Source: Octopus vulgaris
Lineage: Eukaryota
Assembly (NCBI GenBank): GCA_951406725.2
Contig: OX597816.1
Location: 118,296,001 to 118,360,000 of the forward strand
Reading direction: 5' to 3'
DNA: 64,000 nt
Part shown: one piece after another, positions 1 through 14,014 of the stretch
Layout: each line of letters opens with the position of its first letter
Position numbering within the stretch: position 1 is the stretch's first letter
Translations under genes and position numbers: made by a program
The notes under the pieces: model-generated
Databases searched by the model: none
What the model was told of the DNA's origin: nothing
The model's input: only the letters and a program-made list of their open reading frames with translations

Positions 1-569
1 TGCTATTATCCCTAACCTTGCTAAATACAGTCACCCTCCCTAACTTCTTCATCACCACCACCATTTTCATCATTTTTATTATTCTTATTTAAATTAAAAC
101 AAGAGAGAGGGAACAAAAGAATGGAGGAAAAACAAGAATCTAGATAGACACAAATGGATGAAAAAAAGCTAAAAAAAAAAAATGCTGAATGCAGCAATTC
201 TTTGAAAACAAGAAATCGAAGAAGAAATAAGAAAGCAGGAATAAAAGACGAGGGGTGAGGGTGAGGTGTTCTGGGTGAGGGTGAGGGTGTCAGGATAGGT
301 GGTGGGCAGGTCAGGAAACCATCCCATTACAGAAGAAGAACAGTGTACAGATGAGTTGCTGGACTGCAGAGAGTGGCATATGCAGAAGAGATTGCAGTTC
401 TCAAAACAGAGCAATCAATACAGACTTAACAACTAAATATTGCAATTGCACTCACCAGCACCTACCCACTTCTTTTTTTTTTCCAATTTATTTACCCTCA
501 TATATAAATAAATTGACCATTTATCATCATGCCACCCTCTTCTCTACCACTTTATTTTGATCCTCATAT

Positions 570-940
570 ATCTTTTATCTGTTTCATTCATTAGACTGTG
601 GCCATGCTGGGGCACTGCCTTGAAAAATTTTTAGTAAAATGAATCAACCCCAAAACTTATATATATACACACACGCACACACACACACATATACATATAT
701 TCACGTTTTTTAAAGCCTGGTACTTATTCTAACAGTCTTTTTTGCTGAGCTGCTAAGTTACAAGAATGTAAATACACCAACACCATTTATCAAGTAGAGG
801 TGGGGACAAACAGACAATGACACACACACACACACATATACTGGGCTTCTTTCAGTTTCCATCTACCAAATCCATTCACAAGGCTATAATAGAAGCTCCT
901 TGCCCAAGGTGCCACATAGTGAGTCTAAACCCAGAACCAC
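570..940 (-). mobile_element. tRNA-derived SINE (family A, with internal (CA/TA)n), degraded copy
   Basis: Reverse complement of the copy at 55880-56274 (shared ggcttctttcagtttccatctaccaaatcc and gactgtggccatgctgg blocks). Other copies or fragments lie near 18925-18985, 20270-20365, 35580-35750, 35850-36085, 48940-49070 and 53040-53110. Confidence 0.8.
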
Positions 941-1199
941 TAGTCATTTCCACCCTCCCTGCCACTCCAACCCACAAATCTGATAGTTGCCCATCTGCCA
1001 AATATTCTTTTATTTACCTTCATGCATGCCAATGTCTTCAGTACTTACCCTTGATATAATACCATCACACCAATCGCCAATCTATCACCTATCCACAATC
1101 ACTAGTACTGCTACTACAACTACTAGAACCATCATCAGTGCAACAACCAGCCATACCTGCTATCGCTACAACCACTACCATTAACAAGACAACAGTGAC

Positions 1200-2447
1200 A
1201 AGAGTAAATGAAGGAGCCTCTGCAGAGTTGTTGAGTCTGCTATGAATAGCAGTCAAATCTTCCTAAAACCACACTCTACAATCTTTGGATAATGTCATCA
1301 TCATCACTTAACATCCGCCTTCCATGCTTGGCATGGGTGGGATGGTTTGACAGAAGCCAGCCTGGCAGAAGCTTGCACCAGACTGTAGTCATAAATAAAT
1401 TAAACAAGAAGGCCATGATTGGATTGCTTTTGATCATTGGTCCATTCGATAACCTGGGGCTAACTAACAATACAGCAACCTCTACTATCACTGCATTCAC
1501 CAACCACCAAATCAATAAAATGAGTCTACGAGAGCTCCAGCATGGTCACTAAACACACTACAAATATCAATAATAGCCAATTCTCACTCTAATCACATCC
1601 CACTATCTTTAAAAATGTGCAAGTAAACCATGCAGCTTGAAATACTCAATCTCTGAAGAAAAAAAAACAAATTGGAAGATCACAGCTGGAGTGCCTATCA
1701 TCCAATGTCCATACAAGGACTGATCCTGGGGCTAAAACAATAACAACTATAATGACATATACTAACGAAAACATCTTCATATGGCTGTTTTGACATGTCA
1801 GAAATAGCAGTCCTCAAATTGCACTATCTTAAACAAAGAATGAACACTGAGATAACATAGGCTTGGACAAACCCCTAAAGGGAGGGAAAAAAAACAACGA
1901 AAAAATGGGATGATCCATCAAAGGTCTATACTGTCAGCGCTAACACAGGACTAAACCACGACCAAATCCCTTATAACCTCTGCAAAATTCTAATACAACT
2001 ATCACCACTATAGCCATAATTTAATAAGCGTACGGCTATAGAAGTTGCTCAAACAATTAGAAATTGCAGCCAAATTTTTCTGAAATTGTACCACACCATC
2101 TTAAAGCAGGAAGAAAAATACAAAGATAATGTAATCTTAAATACCTTCAAAACAGATGGGGTGGTCACAACTGGAATACCTTTGAATATAGGTCTACTGA
2201 AACAGGGCTAATTTAGATAAGGGTTAACAACTACCACCACACATCACCACCACCACTACCACTACTACTACTACTACTATTACATGTAATCAAAGTATAT
2301 AATTTGGTTTTCATGGTGACTGCAGCTCTGAATGTGTGTATGTATGTGTAAGTACATGTGTGTGATTCTGATATGATAACACGTGTTTGAACATCTGACA
2401 TAGAACAGGTGTATATATAATACAGATTTGATATAATATATGCGTGT

Positions 2448-2482
<35 letters not shown>

Positions 2483-3110
2483 ACATACACAACACACACC
2501 TAAAACAGTACACATGAATATATACATCCGACTAACACTTATGACCAAACACACACACAGCTGAATTATTACACTTAAGTATATACGTACAGATAACACT
2601 GCTGACCAACTATACACATGTACCAGAAATATCTAACGTAATAGAAATGTCCATGCATATATACGCACATTCAATATACTTAATATATACGAATGTATAT
2701 GTTATTCAGTGATTTCCACATACACACAAGATAAATGAATGGATGGATGGATGGATGGATACACACACAGAGGTCAGGGGCAGTATTTGTAGCTTTTCCC
2801 AAACCAAGAGAGAATACGTATTGCTTTTTTGCATCATGGCTACATGACTGCTGAAGATTGGGTTTTCTGATTCACTTGTGCCATGATCCCTGGCAACAAC
2901 ATCTGTTAATGCTAGTAAAGAAATATTTATATATGGTCATTCGACCTGCTAGAAACAGCAGCCAAATCTCCTCCAACAAATTACACTCTTAGAGAATAAA
3001 AGACAACATTGAACAAGGTCACTGATATTCATATGATGGGTTGACCATGTCTAGAATACCTCTGATTATATATCTGCTTAATCAGGATAGTCCAAAGCCA
3101 AAGAAGAGCA
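1200..3110 (-). repeat. Cluster of ~5 degraded copies of a ~200-bp interspersed repeat (family D)
   Basis: Recurring reverse complement of 'gagatttggctgctatttctagcagg' and 'cattccagctgtgaccatc' near 1230, 1570, 1800, 2060 and 2950. No tRNA head recognised. Confidence 0.6.
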
Positions 3111-3129
3111 GCTGACAATTTCCTATCCT

Positions 3130-3307
3130 TTAACACTTAGATTGCTCGGTCAATCATGAACTCTCTCATAGCTTCAATATTTCAATGAAGTGATAGTTTA
3201 TTTTTAGAATGACATTGTTGGGTAAGTGAAAGGCTGGATCTGGCCAGCTTGAAAATAAAACAGAATATTTAGGCTTGATATGGCCAGCTTAAATGCTAAA
3301 GAGTTAA
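3130..3307 (+). mobile_element. piggyBac-type MITE (family P1)
   Basis: Bounded by ttaa...atgctaaagagttaa. Internal sequence is shared with 55195-55371 and 58548-58766, and in reverse with 43990-44220 and 57990-58217. Confidence 0.6.
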
Positions 3308-3714
3308 GCACTTTTTTAACTGTAGCTAGACCCTAAACTCAGTATCTCATCCTACAAAAAAAAAATTAAAATAAAAAAAAAGGTGCTGCTGCTAAATTCT
3401 TTTTTACTTTTTGGAAGCCACTTATTATAATCATGAATATTAGCAACTGGATATTGTTATCAAAATTAATGTGTCCCAAACAAGCTCAGGACATTGTGAT
3501 ATCCTAAGCTTTATATAATCAGCCAGTTATTGTTATATCAATGGCCCCATCCCAAAGTGATAAGAACACAAGAAGCAGCTTCTACTGTGTAAGAAGATGA
3601 CACTACAAGTGAATGGTGTCACTCATGCCAAAAGACACCCACAACAAGACATACAGACTAACTTAGAAGGAAGTAGCACAGTTTAATGATAGTCAGTTTG
3701 AATTAGATAGAGTA

Positions 3715-4105
3715 TGCCTGGTGGATGAAGGAAAAAGAAGAGGGGATGGAATGGTGAGAAGGGAAAGAAGGAAAGAGAGAATAAATGAATAACAGAAAGG
3801 AAGGAAGGAACTGACTAGAGTGAATAGTAGAAAAGAAAGAAATGAAAGAATGACAGGAAGAGAAGAATAAAAGACACCAAGAGCAGATAAAAGAAAAGAA
3901 AGAAAGATGAAAGGAGAAGGTGTGGACAGAGAATGAAATGGAAGGAAGGAGAGTATGAGTAGAAATAATAGAAGGAATAGATAGCAAGGTAGGATGAAAG
4001 GAAAGGAAGAACTGAGAGAAAGAGAAAAAGAGAGGAGAAAGGAAGAACGAACAAATTTTGTCAAAAAGTGAAGGTGTCAAGGAAGGAATGAGAAGGTGAA
4101 GGGAA
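3715..4105 (+). repeat. Purine-rich (GA/GAA/GGAA) low-complexity tract
   Basis: About 390 bp almost entirely A/G on the + strand; it generates the spurious F/L/S-rich minus-strand ORFs. Confidence 0.85.
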
Positions 4106-4301
4106 TTTATGATGACAAATGAATGATGATGGTGGTGGTGGTGTAAGTTTAGAGAAGCAGTGAACATTGAATCAGTTTGATAGTAGGGTCCACAATAGTT
4201 GTTGACTGGGATTGTGGGTGTGTGTGTGTGCACACATTAGACTGAAAACTAGTATGGGAGAAGAACAGAGGAAGAATATATGTGTAGTTTGGCATGAAAG
4301 A

Positions 4302-4336
<35 letters not shown>

Positions 4337-4574
4337 TATGTTCACATGAGGATGTCTGCAAGTGTATTTGAGAGGTGCACTGTCCCAAATGAGTGATCTG
4401 TAAGCTAAACTAGTGCATATGCACTGTTATACTTGAACAGTTGTTAAGGACTGAAGTATTTCCAAATTCTGAAGAGGAAACCAGGCATTTATGATACAGA
4501 AATTAATGTAAAATGCAAGTGAACTATATATATATATGAAGATATGAAGAAAAGAAAATGGAAATTATTACATT

Positions 4575-5262
4575 ATAACAATTCCCTGATACCCATTTCC
4601 CTGATTTTGGTAAAGGCACAAAGATGAATCAAGTCGACGACCTTCCCATCAGTTCTGATTGAGATGAAAATCCCCAAACTGGCACTCATAGTGTCAGGTA
4701 CACACCACTGATTAACACCATGGTTGACTGCAAATGTTTCACTGAATTCTTTGCCAACTGAAACTAACCCTTCCATTCCTGTGTGGAACTGCTTGATGCC
4801 CCTCGATGCCATCCAGTCCATCTGAGCTGACCATCAAACATCTGACCACAGCCATGACAGCAACAGCCAGTCTCCGATAGTATTCTGCATTTGCTAACTT
4901 GCTGATGTCAGGCTTCTCTGGATTTGCATTGATCGGGATCTCCAGGGAAAACTGATTCTGAATCTGATAAGACTCCTCAGGAGGTAGAGTTCAGAAGAGC
5001 ATACTGCTCCAAACATGGCCTTTATAAACAGGATCTCCTTGCAACCTAGTCTCTCAGGTAAAGATAGTCCAGCAGATGATAGTGGTCAGAGCAAGGGTGT
5101 TTCCACATGAAATACTTCTTGGCAAGCTGATCAAAGAATGTATTGGTAACATAAAGCTCCAGCTGTACACAGAAGTTCAGCAGGAATTGGATTCTTTTTG
5201 TCCTTGACAAACTTGCCTACGTAAGTCTCACAGCCTGTTCCCACCCTGGTGTTGAAGTTGTT
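4575..5262 (-). mobile_element. Decayed RTE/BovB-type LINE remnant (endonuclease and RT fragments joined by deletions)
   Basis: Minus-strand peptides LLNFCVQLELYVTNTFFDQLAKKYFMWKHP (APE endonuclease region) and IKQFHTGM...FSETFAVNHGVNQWCV...GIFISIRTDGKVVDL...IRELL (BovB-like RT up to just before FADD). Confidence 0.8.
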
Positions 5263-5426
5263 TGTGTGTGTGTAATAATCAACTGCCCAAAGTATATCCA
5301 TAACTTATACATACATACATACACACACACACTTATATATACACATACATATACACCTACAATATCTCTTCATATATATATATATTTAGACACGTCAGTA
5401 CGTGTGGGGAGGGCTATATTGACACT

Positions 5427-5427
<1 letters not shown>

Positions 5428-5487
<60 letters not shown>
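5428..5487 (+). repeat. (AGT)n microsatellite
   Basis: About 20 perfect AGT units. Confidence 0.95.
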
Positions 5488-5489
<2 letters not shown>

Positions 5490-6810
5490 GTGTTTAGGCT
5501 CAGGCCAGCCTAAAACAAACAGAGCTATGACCAAATGCACTTCACTTAAGACCATCCCATCTTGTTTTTCAGGTACAGTGAATAAGAACTTCATTATCCA
5601 ATGTGTTTTCCCTTTATATACGACAGTAAGGTGTGATTTAAGGGAGATTTGGTTGCTATTTCTAGCTGGTTGGCTGACCATAACAAAACTTCTTCATTCG
5701 TTCTAATAAAATAACTACCTTCACACATACACAGACATAAAAGAACTCCACAGGTCCATCAAATGAATACAAAAAGTGAAGAGGAGGTTGGTGCTAGTCG
5801 TTGCGACATATGTCTGCTGCCATACACAAGGGAAAGCATAACCATATTTATCGCTGTGAACGTGACTAAGAACTATTGTGATAGATCACCATTACTGGTA
5901 CTGCTACAACCATTACAGCTGTTACTTCAACCAATAGTACTTGTTGATTGGTATCGCAGTCACACATCACTGAGATATTCAGTTTTGGTCTACTGTGTGT
6001 GTGTATGTATATGTGATGACAGAACTCTTAAACGACAGTTACATGGTAGACTTAACAGGACTAAGTAGATACACTATTGCTTGTAGGTCACATGTTCAAA
6101 TCCAATCCATGTTGTTGTTGCTGATGCTGTCGCTGCTGCTTATCTATCAGATAAAACTAAATTTAGCAGATTTATATACACCAAAAAACATTCCAATCAA
6201 GACCATAGCATTTATGTATGGTATATCTTGGACTACGTTGTTTAATTTGTTGTATATTTAAGACAGTGGTGAATGACTTGAAAGAGATTTGGCTGTTATT
6301 ACTACCTAGTTAAGCAACCATGTAGAGGCTCCCTTGTTGACTATGTTGTATGACAATGGTGTAGTGTATGGCTGTTGTTTTACTGTAAATCAACCCTAAT
6401 AAAGCAAATATGAGGTAAAAAGCATTCACCCAAGACAACATTATCCAATGTTTCCTTCCTTTTATGAATGTAGCTGACATGATTTGATGAAAATTTGGGT
6501 GCTATTTCTAGAATGTCAGCTGACCACATAGATACTGATCATTGGTTAGTGTTCTATATTGAAGAATAGTGAGGAACGATATATGGTTGTTATATTTGTT
6601 TTGACCCCGGTTATCTTTAATAAAGTAGGACCTATGGTGTTAGATGTTCCATCTGAGATCATTCCTGCTTTCTTTTCTTTTCTTTTTTCCAGTGTATCTT
6701 TAATTACATTATCCAAGGTGTACTTATTTTTATAAGACTGTAGGGTAAGCTTTGGGGAAAGATTACAAGTAGATCAAATGACCTTGTAAAGGATCTCTCA
6801 TGACGTGGAT
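5490..6810 (+). repeat. Cluster of ~4 family D repeat copies, orientation opposite to 1200-3110
   Basis: Repeated 'cattatccaatgt...gatttggctgctatttctagc...gaccat' at ~5590-5680, 6285-6330, 6440-6530 and 6705-6790. Confidence 0.6.
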
Positions 6811-7780
6811 ATGGCTTCTTGGACAAAATACTATTTTTGTTTGGCTTAATTCACCTAACTGTCACAAAGAGATAACCAGATCATTTAAAAATGTTAGCAG
6901 TGATACACTGGCACAATTTCCTTGACTACAAGTAGGATGGTGCTTAAAGTCAAAAGCAGTGGATGAAGAACACAGAAGTATAATTGTTACTGGCGTTCTA
7001 AGATTCTACTGAGTGAGCAGATAATGTCAGATTTTCATAAGTCATAACAATGAGAGCAAATTTTAAAAGTGGATAAGATACAGTTCTAACAATATGACAA
7101 ATACAGTTTCGAGGGAGAAGCATTGTGTATTTAGCATACAGGTTAGTCAAACAGATGATGTAAAGCTGATGAGAAATACATAGTTAGTTACATGGTTTAA
7201 TATTTTCATTACTATATTTCTGTCTGCCTTTGTTTCAATTAGTTTTAAAAGTAACGAATAATTTAGTAAAGTTAATTGTTATTATTAAGCTGGTGTTTTA
7301 AACATGAATGAACATGACCTCTTGACAAGAGAATTTAATTCAGATCACTTCAAAATAGGAAGTTTGTCATCACAGAAACAAGGGCAATCTTGAATAGGTT
7401 AGTATTAAAAGAGTCAACAGAATTACTAGTCTCTAATTTGCAGCAACAAATGGGAAATTCAGCCCTTCTGTAAAATCATTAACAGTGTTTGTAAATTGGG
7501 TTCTAATTGGGAAGTCATATTACAAAAACATATTAGCAGGAACAGAATTTCAGAAGTGACAAGAGAGGAGATGTGGGTGGAGATGAACTAATTTGATAAG
7601 AAAGTAGGACCACCAAACCTTAGCAGTCATCATGCTTAATTGGAAAGAGCATTAAATAATTCAATAAATACATAGCACTGTTCATAAATTAATATGGCAA
7701 AATAAAATGGCTTTTGATCTGCAAAATGGAGAAATGGGGCAGTGTTTACTGATTATTATCATTATTATTAGCACTTTCTA

Positions 7781-8740
7781 AGGCAGCAAGATGGCAAAAT
7801 CATTAGTACCGAGAGCAAAATGCTAAGCAGCATCTTGTCCATCTTAATGTTCTGAGTTCAAATTCCACCAAGGTTGACTTTACCTTTCATCTTTTCAGGG
7901 TCAATAAAATAAGTACCAGTTGAGCACTGGAGTCAATGACCTACCCCTCCCCCAATTGCTGGCCTTGTGACAAAATTTGAAACCATTATTATTATTATTA
8001 TTATTATTATTATACAAGGCAATGAACTAGCAGAATCGTTAGTACACTGGGCAAAATGCTTAGCCGTATTTCACCCATTGCTGTTCTGAGTTCAAATTCC
8101 GTAGAGGTTGACTTCGCCTTTCAGGGTCAATAAATTAAGTACCAGTCAAGTACCAAGGTCAATGTGATTGACTTTCCCCACCCTCCAAAATTTCAGGCCT
8201 TGTGCCTATAATAGAAAAGATTATTATTATTGTTGTTGTTGTTGTTGTTTTTGTTGCTAGCACTTTTTGAGTGATGGATGGTAGAAATTGTTAAACCACC
8301 AGAGAAAATGCTTAACGATATGTGTCCTCTGCATTGTATGTTCCAAGTTCAAATTCCACTGACAACATTGTGGTCTTTCACCTTCCCAGAGTTGATAAAA
8401 TAAATCCCAGTTTAACACTGGCCTTGGGATAACTGATAGTCCTTCACATCAAATTTCTAACCTAGTGCCAATGTAAGAAATCATTATCACATTGGTTAGT
8501 GGTAGAGGAGTGGCACATTTGGTGGGGGGGGAAAAAACCCAATAATTTGTAGTATGTAGATACAATTCTTTAACATACTCAGTTCGATTCCCTATAGGGT
8601 CTACCTTGCTTTTCATTCTTACTCAGAAAATGGAATGGAAGTGCAACAAAATATATACCTGTAAAGTACTATGGTTGATACAGTTGACTGTGTCCTCAAG
8701 TCAAGATTCATTTTTCTCAAGCCTATATTACAAATTATGG
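7781..8740 (+). mobile_element. Head-to-tail array of 3-4 tRNA-derived SINEs (family B)
   Basis: Repeats of ggc..agctggcagaatcgttag...ttctgagttcaaattcc (B-box-like)...gactttgcctttcatcc...gggtcgataaaataagtaccag, each ending in (ATT)n. Confidence 0.8.
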
Positions 8741-8952
8741 TTATTGACATTATAATTATTAGCACTGGATATTTGCAATAACATCAGTTAATTCTCTTCC
8801 AGGAGTTCTTTTAACTGGATTTAGATTGCTTTTTTTTTCCTTTTAAATGGGGAAAAAACACATGTTCAGAAATCTGTGTACATACATTTATTCATACATA
8901 TTGACAGACATATAATGTCATATTCCAAAGAATACACATCTGTGTGTGTGTA

Positions 8953-8986
<34 letters not shown>

Positions 8987-9073
8987 GTCTGGACAGCTCC
9001 CCAGCTGTCCTGCTCAATATCAAACCATCCAGCCTATACCAATATGGAAAACGGACATTAAACAATGATGATG

Positions 9074-9119
<46 letters not shown>

Positions 9120-11276
9120 GGAGAACGAGGAAGGAGAGGAGGCTGACAAAAAGAATGGAGTTTTTTGGGGTTTTTCCAATATTGTAATAAGCTCCTTCTT
9201 TTCAAAGATCTATCTACCTACCTATCTTCTTTCCTATTTAGCTAACACATTTTTTTTTTTACCTTGAGCTCTATTTCAATGTGTAAGTAATAAAGACAAC
9301 TTACAGACATTGTTCACCTGAGCTTCCCTTATTCAATCACATTAAAGAGACAGTCAAATGATTAAGTACTTCCAGTCATTTATTCCTCAGCTGCTCAATG
9401 AGTTAAATTCACTCTTTAGAGACAATAAATATATTAGAAGATAGCAAAGTGCTCTATGAAAGTAGGTGATGTTAATTACTCATATACATTTTGATCTATT
9501 AAATGTTTCTTTTATTCCAGTATTGTCTTTTGATTTACCTTCTTTTAAATTAACTCTTCTTTACTTCATTTTAATGAAGTAAATATTACATATTCCAGGC
9601 ATAAAATGACAAGTCATGTACTAACATACACACACACTTCTACAAACATACCCAATAATTTCTAGGAAAGCGGGGCTTATCCCTTTGTTCCATTCTCATA
9701 ATTGCTTTGCTAATCCAATAACAACAATACAAAGTATGTAGCCCTTAAAACGGTTTTTGTGCATTTACAGAGAATATTGAACTGTCTATGAGTACCCAAA
9801 TTGTGGAGTCAGTGATGTAATAACATGAAATTAGTTACCTGATAGTAAGAATTCAAATAAAGTAGCCCCGAAAAGAGCTTTAATGCGTTTCCAGAGTATA
9901 TAGAATTTAGGAGGAAATGCTAAAAAGGTATGTATACTAAAGTCATGAAGCATATTATATAATAACAGGCTAATCAGATATACGATAATAACAATTCAAA
10001 GTAAATAACTCTGAAAAGGGCTTTTGTGCATTCCCAGACAATATTACCCTCAGTGGCACTAGTGTTGGTATATTCGTGAATAAGTCACCGAAATAAGTGG
10101 ATCTATTTTTTAGGAAAATACTATTTACTTGTTTAAGGGTTGTACTGGATGAATTGTGAAAGTAACTAACAGTTCAAATACTAAGAAATAAGCATACTCA
10201 ATTTGATTTATAGCAAATGATTTAGGAAAATGAATGGGTTATTTCCTTTGGCTGTTAAAATCTGGGGGAATGAGTTATTTCCCTCGGTTGTTAAAATGAA
10301 ATATATTAGATATATATAAGGATCCCTTCCAGGTGCCCTATTATCGATTTTTTTTCAACAATCTTGAGTATGCCATGAGGTTTCCAGAGATAAAACAATG
10401 TAGGAGGAGTTAGCCAACAACTCTACAAACACACCCACAGGCAGAATTTCCCACATATGTTATAGATATACATACATACACACACACACATATATACACA
10501 TGCATATATACATACACACACATTTATACATATACACACATACAATATATACATACACACACACACGTCTATACTAATAAATGCCAAAACAAATTTGTAT
10601 CAGTGTCACACTGACCTCTTCTCTCACTATTCAGTAACACTCCTACTATTCCTCATGCTGGGATGAGAGTAATAGTAGGCATAGAGACAGTGAGGGTAGT
10701 AGTAGATACACGGTTGTGATGGTAAAGGGTGATAGTAATAGTATAAGCTGTAGTTGTGATAGAGGTGGAGGCGATGGTGGTGGTGGTAGCGAAGAAGGTC
10801 AGGGAAGACAGTGATAGTAAGCAATGTGAAAGACAGTGGTGATGGTGGTGGAGGGGAAGGTAGTGAAGTCAAAGCTATTGATGGTGGTGGCATCAGAAGT
10901 CTGACTGGTGTGTGTATGGTAGTTGTGGTGGCACTGGTGATGGTGATTGTTGAAAACAATCAATGGATAGAGAGAGAAAGAAAGCGGTTATGCAGAAAAA
11001 AAATTGTACTGACCCCCGAATGGGAAGACAAAAAATGTTTATCATGCAGCTTTGCAATAAGTTACAAGTCGACAAATTATATCATTGTTTTGATCAAAAT
11101 TGTTCATTGCTGGAAAAATATTGGTTAAGTTCAATAAAATATAATATGTGCTCAATGCATGAAGTGTCTTCAATGAAGAGCCCTCCACAGGAGCTAGCTT
11201 AAAAGCCACCCTATCAGTCGGCTTTTCAGCTAATATATATATATATATATATACACACACATACATACAACATATG

Positions 11277-11320
<44 letters not shown>

Positions 11321-13961
11321 AAAATACTCACACAGATATGTGTAAGATGCAGGGATCAAAGTGTAGGAAGAAAGTTAGCTCTGAGCAATCCATAGTAAAT
11401 ATAAAATAACTTTCAGGAACGACAGTGGTTTATTGAGACGGAAGTTTGCAAATTATTTTTCCTTTATCAGAGAATGTATATACATACACACACAGATATA
11501 CACACACACACACAGATATATACACACACACATACATACATATACACATACATACATATACATACACACACGTATATATACACACAAAGATGTATGCACA
11601 TTAAGACATTAAATACACTAAGTAATAAAGAATGTACTTTTAACTGTTGAAGTAGTCTAGGTCAGTTATGAGTAATGAATCTCTATCCAGTATAAATAAC
11701 AATAATGCAGTATCCCCTCATAGTCATAACACTAACAATAATTAGGTCTCTGACAATAACAATTTTTGTAATTGAAGGGACTGTGATAAACACTCTCTAA
11801 ATAACCAATATGCGAGGAATGCTCAGTTAAAGCATTTAATAAGGCCCATTATTACATAGGTATGACAGCTTTGAAATTTAAACTCAGATTACAAAACCAA
11901 AGTCATTCTTTTAAATACAAAAGAACAAAACAGCACATCACTGTCTAGGTTCATCTGGGACCTCAAAGAAAAAAAAAAACATCAGCTATTCAATTTTGTG
12001 GTCAATTAATAGGTAGTGCACTTCTATAGTGAAAGAAAGAGGTAGCTGCAGAGGCATTGGAAACCCTCAAATGTATGTCTAATATAATCAATAAGCATAA
12101 CAGATTACTGATCCATCGATCCCACTTTTTTAATAAGACCTTTTCAAAATGTCCACATAAAATTCCATGTAGCTATCTTACCCTGATTCAACTAAAATTA
12201 ATGATAGTTTTCTTACCATATTAATTTCCTCGCCTTCCATTCAAATTATTTCATGTATAACAAACCAGCCATTCATTTCTTAACTAATGTGTCTAATTTG
12301 ATTTCAATAATATCGAGAATTGATTACTGAGGTCTGCACTATTTTATTCTGTATCTCTATTCTAACAACTCTATCCACACTTTCTTTAATTTCAATGTTT
12401 TCTTTCAATTCTCTCCTCTTCTTTTTTATTCTTCCATGATATAATGCAGGGTAACCTTGTATCTCCCCTATAGCAAGACACCTCCATTTCTATTACACTT
12501 TAGCCTCTCAACACCGGGCACGGAATTTTCACCACACCTCCCCCTCTCAAATACTAACCCACCATATAGCTGAGGAAGTTTTTTTCTCCTTCCTGTTCTT
12601 TTCTTAGCTTGCAACTTACTTCACAACCTCACTAAAACCAGTGGAATGGAAAGAAATCTCCCAGCACACTCAGCTGGCATCAGGAAGGGCATCCAGCCAT
12701 AGAAACCATGCTGCAGCTAACATTAGTACTCATCATGCTTGATCCAATCAAACTGTCCCACCCATGCCAGCATGGAAAACAGATGTTAAATGATTATGTA
12801 TTTTTGGGGGGGGGGTTTTACACTACTATTCCTCTTGTTACTGGTTCTTCTGAAATTGTAATAGTAAGCTATCATCTCTTGGCAGTTCTGATTTATATTA
12901 CAAGTTCCTGTCTTGCCATCACTATATATGTATACAATAAACATGACAACATCTTGACCTGTTAGTGGACTTGTAGCAGATTAAAGAAAACTAATCTGAC
13001 ATCTCCATCATCTTCATTATCCAACTACTGAAATATCTCCTAGATAGCACGAACACTTGTTTAATCTGTAACTTTGATATACTGCACCCTAACAACTACC
13101 AACATATTTGCTGGAAATTCCAAAAAAAATATTAGAGTAACTTTTTATGCAATCTGATGAGCTGGCTAGTGGCAACATCATTAATTAACTAATTAATAAT
13201 TGTATGAATTAGCATAGTTATTTTACATGTATAAATACCAATGTATAAATTGATGAAATAGTTCCGCTAGATTTTGAAATGATGGGAACCTTTAATAAAG
13301 TTATGCAATACCATCTTCATTTATCTGTTTACTATTAATTCTACTCCATAATAAAATGCACCAACTAATTAATTGGTATATTTCCTCAGGTTTACAAGTT
13401 TACAGTTTGCACAGAACACCCAGAGGGTTACACGAATATGGATTCTTATTGATTTTCTGCTAGCCAAAGTTTTCACATGAACTGCTGGGGTGTTCACTTA
13501 GGTTTCTTTAACCCCTTAGATTTCCCTACATATATCTATATTTAATAAAAATTGTTCCTCTTCTGATGTCTTCTTTTGCTCATTGCCTAACACACACACA
13601 CACACACACAAACAAACACACACATATCTGAGGTTAAACAACAAATTCAAAGAAAGCTACAACCAACAGGAAATAGAACCAAATTTACTGTTCATCAGAG
13701 GAATATAGACAGACATCAGTGGGGTAAGGTTGATTAAACTTCTTAGTTTATTCACACATATTCATTATGCTAAATAGACAGAAGAAATTAGAAGAGTTGT
13801 ACAGTCTGTTTTGTTTTGTTTTATTTGTACTCAAATTCTCTTTGGACCATTTGAGATGTTAATGTGTAGCAATTCACCACGAACTTTGGACAGCAATACA
13901 CAGACACAAAATCATTCTCAATAAATCTTACATGAGCTCTTTCATATACATAGATTCGTAT

Positions 13962-14014
<53 letters not shown>

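Noticed and set aside
9718-10050. CRISPR-like repeat-spacer look
   Set aside because: Eukaryotic context, repeats too long and degenerate, no cas genes; kept only as a cryptic repeat.
13150-13185. CTGATGA motifs here and at ~7165, 32237 and 55061 as hammerheads
   Set aside because: No properly placed stem II + GAAA + stem III/UH.
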